A stretch of DNA of 64,000 nucleotides, from the NCBI RefSeq assembly GCF_009914755.1, contig NC_060948.1; one strand, written 5' to 3'. This document shows, in pieces, positions 51,990 through 64,000 of this stretch. A program made the translations under genes and the position numbers. The DNA comes from the human T2T-CHM13v2.0 reference genome, Homo sapiens. The notes under the pieces are model-generated. The model was given only the letters and a program-made list of their open reading frames with translations, was not told where the DNA came from and did not search any database. The number at the start of each line of letters is the position of its first letter. The first letter of the stretch is position 1.

Positions 51990-52565
51990 ACTAGAGCCAT
52001 AGCTACAGAAGGTAGAAATGGGTGTTAGAAACACTCTTTCCATTAAGAGGTCTCACTGAAATCCAACTACTGCATAGTCTCTCCCACACCTTTAGAATAC
52101 CCTGGGAGACTTATGATCCCGGTGAGTCTAGAAAATGCAGAAGGGAAAAGAGCTCTAGCCTCAGAAAAGTGAGGATGATACTTCTGTAGACTAGCCCCTC
52201 CAGATACATGGGTGAAAATTATGCTTGCGTTTATAGGCTCCACCTGTAAGGGTGGCTGTGACGCAGAGGATGTAAAGAAAGTGGAGAAGTGAGATGCCCT
52301 TTCTATCACTCTCTCCTCCCTGGGTCACTTTGAAAGAAGGAAGAAGATGGAGGAATGCCTCTGGTTTTTCCTTTCCCAGATACATAATAAACCATCTTTA
52401 GATTGCACTTTTCTCAAGTGTATACTGAAGAACTGTGATTCTCTTAATCCTGAGACTCTGAAACAAAAGAGATTTATATTCTCATGCACAAGGGCATGAT
52501 TATGTTACTAGCTCCAGGATAAACAGGGCTTTACTCCTGAAAAAAAATGTAAATTTTAGTACTCT
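51990..52565 (+). mobile_element. ERV1 (HUERS-P3-like) leader and gag 5' fragment
   Basis: ctcaagtgtatactgaagaactgtgattctcttaatcctgagactctgaaacaaaagaga = LKCILKNCDSLNPETLKQKR, typical of this gag MA class. Confidence 0.6.
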
Positions 52566-52593
52566 TGCAGTCTCACAAATTCACCATACACAA

Positions 52594-55500
52594 TGTAGCA
52601 GATTCTTTTTATAAGGTATCACCCAGGGTTTTATTTTGTTTTCTCACAGCGAAAAAATTAAAAATCATGAAAACAAAGGCTATCATTTGAGTAAAAGTTT
52701 AATAAGCAAATGAAGGAAGCTCTCTGCAGTGGAGAGTGGGGCCCAAGTAGATTACCCACTATGAGGCAGGGTTGGAGGTTTGTATAAGCTCAGAAGAGAA
52801 GAAATGTGATGACTAGTTTGAAACAGCATGACTAAACTTTGCTCAGAGTTTGACCCAGAACCAGTCAGGAGCTGAAATGATTATTCATGGAGGCTATTCA
52901 GATTTTCCTGGCACCTTGGCCCAGGGCCAGTCAGGAGGTAAAGTTAAACCTTGTCCTGAGATCTTAGGCTGAGACCAATCAGAGGCTGAAGTAATGACTC
53001 GTAGAAACTCACCTCCCAGTGAAAAGCATGTTAAAAAATAGAAAGAAAAGTGCCCAGCATAACCCACTGAAGCCAACTGTGTACATGCCCACAGACAAAG
53101 AATAGACTCTTTCCTGGAAGCCTACTGTCTTTGCAAAGAACACAGGAATTTTTATGTTGAACCTTGCTCTCTCACCAGAGTACTTGCAGGCTTTTCTTAG
53201 AAACAATAAAGGTGTGTCTATGTTTGGCCTTTTTAAAAATATATATATACGAATGGGCCAATGTTTGATCCAGTTTTCTTATCGGTGCCTGCAGCTTGAT
53301 TTATCAGGCTTTTTCTCTGCTTGCAGATATTTTACCAATATTCCACCATAACTGCTTAACATTTCTCTGTTATTTTCTCTCTCAGGAATGGAGACACTAA
53401 CTGCTGTTAGGAAAGTGGAGTGATGGGCTGGGTGCAGTGCCTTATGCCTGTAATCCAATCACTTTGGGAGGCTGAGGAGGGTGGATCATGAGCTAAGGAG
53501 TTTGAGACCAGCATGGTCAACATGGTGAAACCCCTTCTCTACTAAAGGTACAAAAAATTAGCCAGGTGTGGTGCACACACCTATAATCTTAGCTACCCCG
53601 GAGGCAGGGGCAGGAGAATTGCTTGAACCCAGGAGGCAGAGGTTTCAGTGAGGTGAGATCATGTCATTGTACCTCCAGCATGGGTGACATGGCGAGACTT
53701 TATCTCAATTAAAAAAAAATTGGAGTGACAATATTTCTGGTTACTTTTTTCTAAAGATAAGTATTATTTAAGTTACAGAAGTTAGGGTCTCTTCTGGGGC
53801 TGGTATAAGTGTCCTCAGTAGATAAGTGAATCCACACATCACCATTTGGAGCTTGATAGCCTCTAGATGAGAAGAAATAATTCTGGTTATACCATTGAGT
53901 ATAGATGGTCCAAACATTAACACCACATATACAAGGAAAAGAGGTCTTAACAAAGGAGCTAGTTAGGTCTAAAGAGAAGACTTAAATCTATTAAGAAAAG
54001 ATTGTAGCCAACTGGAACAGAGTCCTCACTTTCTTTCAGTCCACTGACGATTTTAAGTAGGTCATTTAGCACTTGTATTTATTTCTTTATATTTTTACCT
54101 GACTAAAAGTGCTGATTCAGAAGCAGCATGTCTCATTGGATAGTGCATAGGCATTCTCTACTCAGGCCAAAAAGCCATCCAGAGTTTAATTATTCTGCAT
54201 TATCACTGAGGCTAGGAGATTTACCAATTGGCATTAGGCTTCTGTGGCTTCTACAGTTGCCTTCCACCCTTGTTGCATCATGATGAAAATACTAATGGCT
54301 AATTTTTCAAGAAAAGTATACAGAGAAATCAAAATAGGCCACCTGGTCTTGCATGTTTCAATTTTAATTTTTACAGTATAGGATTATAGTGTCATATTTT
54401 CCTCAATTCTCTCCCTCAAAACTCCATGTGATGGCATAGAGACAAGTGATTTATTTTTGTGTGTGCAAGAGAATCTACTCCGAAAAAGGGTCTCAACTGA
54501 AAATGTCACCAGATGATGGTGTCATTTTGGTGAAATATAAAAGTAACATACCAGGATCACTATTATTATAGTACCTGTTCCCATTTAGTGCCCAGGGAGG
54601 ATTAAATGTAGCCAGGGGCCACAGAGAAAGTAAAGCCCCACTTCCTAAACAGATGGTTCTAAGTTGTCATTTGTGAGGGTTCCTGCTAGATTTAGTTTAT
54701 ATCTTGTAAAGTTGCCCCTCCTATGTCTAAGAGGAGATGTAATATCCATACTCAGTACAGTTATTCAGCGTGTTGACTGGAATTCTGCCTGCTGGTTTGG
54801 AATAATCTTTTTGGCAGGTGGAGTTTCAGAAAATCAGAGACACAGCATGTTCTGCCCAGTATCTCTGGTAATCCTCATTACAGGGGCTATTAGTTCAGAT
54901 GTTTCCAGTTCTCCTGCATACATGTAGGATGCCACCATTATAATATATTATACAAGGGTTCAGGATTCCATCTGTGGGCACATTTGGTTGGAAACAAGTA
55001 TTATTTATTATCTGATAATAATGTTGGAAAGAGGCAACATTTCTGCCTATGGGTAATAATTTCTACTAGAAATACCAAAGGAAAAGTCTGGTTAGATTGT
55101 TAATGTTTTTTCATAGTCTTTCCCAAGGTTTGAGGTCACCTGTGCTTTTACTCTCCAGATCTCCACACTCTCAGCAATTACAAGATGGCATTGCCATATT
55201 TGAGATTCTCCAAGTGTGGTTCCTTTTGCCTCTAAAGCAGAGAAAGGTGTTTGCTATTATTCTATCAACTTCACCTAGCCTAAGAGTTTGAGTCTTACAT
55301 TCGAGAAATACGTCTTTCTGGATGGAGTTAAAAGTGATTCCATACAAGATTCCATTCATCCCTCTCAAGTGCTTAATTGTTAAAGGTGAAACTAACAGAT
55401 AGAATACTAATATATTGAGTTCATATAATTAAAGCGTCTGTTTTAAATCTGATAAAATTTTTCAAGGCAAACCTAGAAGTTTGTCTTCTTGTATAGATGG

Positions 55501-58100
55501 GCAATGGCTAATATTGTAGGGACCTTGGGGTGCGTGTCAGTGCTACATCTAACAGTAAATGTTAGTAAACTTGACAGTAACAAAATCTTCATGTTTATTT
55601 TTTATTTGTCACTACTATTTTTGCTATAATAATAATGATTAAGTAAAATATTATGGTAATTGAGACTCTCTGTTTGATACTTCACTCAGAAGGTGCTTCA
55701 GTTTATAACCCCACTGCAAGAGGTAAAGTAAGAAACGTAATTTCTATAAGTATTGTGTATTAGATAATTGTATCTGATTTTTTATTGTAATACTTCTAGA
55801 CTGTCAGGGACTGCTTTCACTGTTTTCCAGGCTTTCACTCGAGTGAAATAAATATGAGTCAATTTCCACCATCTTCACAGCTGAGGGAGTAAGGAGAAGA
55901 ATAGTATTAGGTCCCTCCCAACTGGGGTGTAGGGACAGGAGAGAAAGAGGAGGAGCCTACCCCAGTACCAACTCTTCTGGGTTGAATAGAGGGGGATTTG
56001 GATTTTTGGGGTTGTACTTCTGAAGATGTTTTCATTCCTCTTGAAAGTGGGGTCAGGGAGTTTATATGTTTAAAAAATTCAGAAGTCACTCATCTACTAA
56101 AATATCAATGTTAAGAGAAGGCCATACATAATAAATTTAAAGTAGTTCAAAGCCAGCTTTGTAGGGATGTACTTCACTGTCACTAAGGCCATGAAAAAGA
56201 GTAATTGAAAAGAGATGAGTTTCTTGAGGAAGCTTCCTGAGGAATCTCTTGATGATATAATTTATTTTCTTCCCCTTTTCTGAAGACTGTGGTCTCCAGG
56301 CACAATGAAGATTATATTCTATGCCCAGAGTTCTTGAAACTCGCTGGGTAATGGTGGCTTTAAATGAGGAGCCATTGTTGTTTTGGAGGCACTGAGGGAG
56401 GCCAGAGCAAAGAATTATTTTTTCAAATATTTCTTTTACTACCTCAGAGGATTTTTCTGTTCTACATAAAAATGCCTCCATACAATTAGGGATACTGTCT
56501 ACCTATACCAGCAGATACTGGGTTTTCTGTATTTTGGGTGTATGGGTAAAGTCTATATGCCAACCTTCCCCTAGGATTCTTTCCATTTTTTTGAGCTTGA
56601 GGGAGGAGAAGCTATCTGTTGGGGGGATTATTTTTAAGTTATATTTCACATGCATTTACAAACTGTTTGACTATTTTCAGTAGATTTTTACTGGAGAACA
56701 TTCTCTGGATCAGTTGATAAGTTATGTTCTTTGTAAAGTGAAAAGTTTGCTGAAGGACATTAAGAACTTTCCACTGACTGGACGCTGACAAGTGGGGTTT
56801 TCTGCCTTTCATTTGTAACCATACAACAGTCTGAAAAATTGATTCTCCAGAAGTAGCCCATTCTATCTTTGCAGGGAGATACTGAGGCTTTATTTCTTCT
56901 ATAATACTTTCCCAAATAAGAAAGGCTTTAAATATTCTGGGAACTTGGGCTCTTTTTGCTACTGACTTGGCAACCTATTTTTTTGCTTTTGGCTATTTTA
57001 TTAATCATTTTCTGGTGTCCTCTGTAATATATTACTGCTACTTCCCAGAAAGAAAGGAGAAAAAAGAAAAACTGAGGACAATAATCTATTTCCTGGTGAT
57101 ATTTAATGTAAGACCCATTAGCAGTCAGGAAATGTCTTTTTTTTTTTTCTAAATAGTGGCATGGGCATAGAGAGCCAGAAGAAGCATACCTAGAATCAGT
57201 ATGTGTCCACTGCCTTTTTCTCTAAATGGTTAAAAGACAATTAACATAGCTAATAAGTCTTGTGCTTTGTCATAGAGGCATGCTGTCAAGTATATAAATC
57301 AGGGTGAATATTGCACACACTGCCTTAGAGGTATTTGTTTTACAAAATAACTTTTCCCTCTAATGAAAGTTCAGACTATTTTTCTAAAGAAATTAGTTTT
57401 AGGTTCTTTCTGGCTGCACAGATTTTCACTACTACCTGTTCACAGTCATGTTCAGGTTCTTCAGGTTACTTCTTAAAGGAAAGGGAATAGGTTATGGGTT
57501 TTTTAATGGAACTGCAGATTCCTTAGAAGCAAAGTTTGATCTTTGACAAGGTGATTATCTGTTATCCAGAGACTTCCTTTAGAGGACACCCTACATTACG
57601 TGGGGTGTAATCAGTTAGAATATTCCCCATGCTCAACTTACTGGCTTGCAGTACATGCAAGACCACCACTACAACTGCTTGGAGGCAACTTGTCTATGCT
57701 TTAGCCACCCAGTCAAGCTCTATGTTTATGTAACTTAGTGGTTGCTGGGCCAAATCTCAAGCTTGAGTTAAAACTCCTAAGCTATCCCTTTCTTTTATAA
57801 GACATAAAGATGCAATGACTTATTTGTGGGTACACTGAGGGCCAGTGCTTTTTGTCAGGTTTGTTTGATCTGGTTAAGGTATTTGAGTTTTAGTTTCCTA
57901 TGTCAGGAAGAAAGCCAAAGCTGCTTGAGATTCTTTTATAAGATAATATAAAGAAATAGCTGTTTCACCAAACCTTGGTATCCATCATCCTCAAAAACTT
58001 ATAATGTCCAGTGATCCTTTTAGATGTTTGAGTGTTTTGGGAATGGGAAAGAAGGAGATGGGATTAATTCTCTCCTTTACTAATGTTTTGGGTTTTCAAC
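52594..58100 (-). mobile_element. ERV1 provirus 3' half: RT C-terminus, RNase H, integrase, env, 3' LTR (~52594-53370); decayed
   Basis: IN: GLPQCLQNNNGSSF...YNLHCAWRPQSS (56137-56481); env TM: NETCCF and FGPSILNGITRIISSHLEAIKLQMV; RT connection PKTLKHLKG..WIPRFGE. Confidence 0.85.
53426..53720 (+). mobile_element. AluS inserted in the ERV 3' region
   Basis: Full dimer; TSD-like tggagtga on both sides. Confidence 0.92.
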
Positions 58101-58559
58101 AGCCTTATTAATGAGACAGAGGTTCTGATCTAGCCTCCATTCTTCATTGTGTTTCTGTACCTCTAATATTTGAGTGTTGTTAAGACGTTGCAGAGTTCAA
58201 GGAAGTATTTGGCCTTTAGGTTATCTCTGATGGCAGCCATTATCTACCTTTTGTCTATAAAAGATATTGCCTAATGCTAGGGTAAAAAATAAAATAAAAC
58301 TCTTAAGCTAATCTGGACAAGTATAGCAGTTGTAGCTCTGCAAATATTTCCTTGATGTGGCCAGACCTATGGATTAACATTGGTTTTAACTAAGGGGAGA
58401 CAAAGCTTTGTCCTGAAGCCATTAGAATGATGGTGTCCATATGAGCTAAAATTACCTAGTAGAAGAGTGAAACTTTCAAAAATATTTAAATTGGGATATT
58501 TAAATACCAGGTCTCCACAACTACAACTGAAGGGTTTAGAAAATATCCTCTCTATTTCT

Positions 58560-61890
<3,331 letters not shown>

Positions 61891-62730
61891 GTGAAGGAAT
61901 TTAGCTGATTTGCTCTAGATAAACAGCAAAGGAAAGTTTCCCATAAAATCCCAGCTAATGGGTCAGTGCCTTATTTTCAAAAACACATAAAACCAGTTTT
62001 GAAAAATAAGCTGCAGGCACCAATAAAAATTAGTACATGGAGTTATTATTGCAGATAAGCCCATGGCTCCAAAGGTAAGAGAATCTTTCACCCACTTAAA
62101 TAAAAACTTGCAGAAACTCTGGCTCACACGTCTAAGGGAACTAGGCCTGACATAAAAATGACTTTGACTTTTGCATAATCAATGGGCTCCATAAAAAGAA
62201 TTTCTTCTGTTTGTGGACATTAACACAGTGGGATCCAGTGGTTTCCGGGCAGTCACTATTTTGTTGTTGTTGTTGTTGTTGTTGTTTGCTTGTTTGTTTG
62301 TTTGTTTCTTAATTCTGATTTGTCTTCTATTAAGTATTTCGTCCCTTGATTTGTGCTGCTTTAAAGTTGTGGGCCAAACTTTCATTTTAGCTGCGTATAG
62401 ATTTTATGACAAGCTGAACAGCCTCCAGTAATCATCACATCAGCTCTGATTGCTACTGGACCAACATTTTGGGGAAAGGTTTCTGATTGATCTCAAGCCA
62501 AATTCCCAAGCCAAGGTGAATCACACATTCTCCAAGACAGCCTGCAGAATAAGCACATTCCTTCCCCTTCTTAGTTTATAAAGACCCTGGAATAAGAGGT
62601 GAATAAGCCCCTCTCATAATCTGTGTTTATCTTAAAGCTATGCTTGTTTATTAAGCCCTGATAACTGCATTAGTAACCTTGTCCTTAAAAGGCCTCACCC
62701 CCAGTACTTTGGTATCCTAAGGCAAGTAGT

Positions 62731-62978
62731 TCACTTAAGGTCAGGAGTTCAAGACCAGGCTGGGCAACATGGTGAAACCCCATCTGTACTAAAAATACAA
62801 AAATTATCTGGGTGGGAGCCTGTAGTCTCAGCTACTTGGGAGGCAGAGGCAGGAAAATTAATTGAGCCCAGGAGGCAGAGGTTGCAATGAGCCAAGATTC
62901 TACCATTGTACTCCAGCCTCGGTGACAGAGCAAGACTCCATCTCAAAACACACACACACACACACAGACACACACACA
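62731..62978 (+). mobile_element. 5'-truncated Alu with a (CA)n tail
   Basis: tcacttaaggtcaggagttcaagacc...gactccatctcaaaa(ca)n. Confidence 0.88.
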
Positions 62979-62999
62979 CCCCTCCATAGGTGAATAATC

Positions 63000-64000
63000 T
63001 GATGAGAAAAATGGAAAACAAAAAATTGTATAACTAGTATATTTTCTGTTGGTTTGTTTGGTTATGTATACATTATTTTTATTAAAAGATCTCTAATTCA
63101 TTAGCTTAAGAAAAGATAGCCACTTGACCAAAATATTATAAAAAGGAAAAATAAAGGCTGTGGTAGCTTTCAGTTCGTGTGACTTTAACTTTTTAAAAAT
63201 AAAGCACCCTCTGCCAGGCATGGTGGCTCATACCTGTAATCACAGAACTTCAGGAGGCCAAGGCAGGTGGATCACGAGGTCAGGAGTTCAAGTCCAGACT
63301 GGCCAATGTGGTGAAATCCTGTGTCTCCTAAAAATACAAAAATTAGCCAGGCATGGTGGTTGGCACCTGTAATTCTAGCTACTTGGGAGGCTGAGGCAGT
63401 GCAATGAGCCAAGATCATGCCACTGCACTCCAGCCTGGCAACACAGCGAGGCTCTGTTTGAAAAAAAAAAAAGCAGCCTCCAAGATTATTGATAAAATGC
63501 AAATGTCTTCCAGATGTTAATATGTGGTCTATATTATGCAGGTAAAAAATGTAAGTTTCCTAATTGTTTGAAGGATGTAAACTACTTCTTTGTCCTTTGA
63601 AAACCATAGACTTGCCTGCTTCACTATTGGTATAGCCTGGGGACATATAAAAGTAATCACACCTCTAAGTATGCTGAGAGAGTCAGCCTTTATCTGCACC
63701 TAGCACACAATTAAAACAACTTACCATGTTTTACATTCAAGTGAAAAATTACAAAATGTTACCATTATAACATGTGATTGAGACTATTAAAATTAAATTT
63801 TCATGTAAGGTGTATAAGAAAAGTAAACTATGTTTTTAGTAAAATTTATAAAATGGCATGTAAATGCTCATTTGTCTTAGAGATAAAGACTTCTCAAATC
63901 AAATCACATAAAGCTAAAGATTTAAGCAGATGGAAGAACAACTGTACATGTTAATCTTGCAAAAGAATATGCTGTCTGAACACATTAAATAAAAAGGGAT
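63000..64000 (+). mobile_element. MER4-group ERV1 internal-sequence remnant
   Basis: AT-rich text typical of the group (aaaggctgtggtagctttcagttcgtgtgactttaac; ccattataacatgtgattgagact); pattern recognition only. Confidence 0.45.
63212..63473 (+). mobile_element. AluS with a ~30-bp right-arm deletion
   Basis: gaggctgaggcag joined directly to tgcaatgagcc. Confidence 0.88.

Noticed and set aside
62345-62730. Possible additional LTR
   Set aside because: LTR-like composition but no definable termini, TSD or family

Overview
Great-ape (most likely human) genomic DNA with the hallmarks of the ampliconic male-specific Y chromosome. No intact protein-coding gene, structural RNA gene or CRISPR array is visible. 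In order: (1) the end of a ~2.43-2.48 kb-unit tandem array (NORF/TTTY, SST1-related); (2) an unprocessed, decayed OFD1 pseudogene (exons 5,7,8,10,11,12,13 recognisable) bounded by broken Alus; (3) a 20-bp minisatellite; (4) a two-LTR, integrase-less ERV9/LTR12 provirus; (5) an ELOC (TCEB1) processed pseudogene; (6) an Alu whose tail is a ~380 bp GAA/GGA purine tract, inserted in a 3-4 kb degenerate (TTAGGG)n tract; (7) solo LTRs and a deleted HERV-K(HML-5)/LTR22 provirus; (8) a diverged PRY-like exon; (9) an ERV1 provirus whose gag-pro block is inverted relative to pol-env, interrupted by a 5'-inverted L1PA2. Gene and repeat family names come from recalled protein/consensus sequences, not from a database search. 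I found no evidence for a new coding system; the best leads are structural or regulatory.
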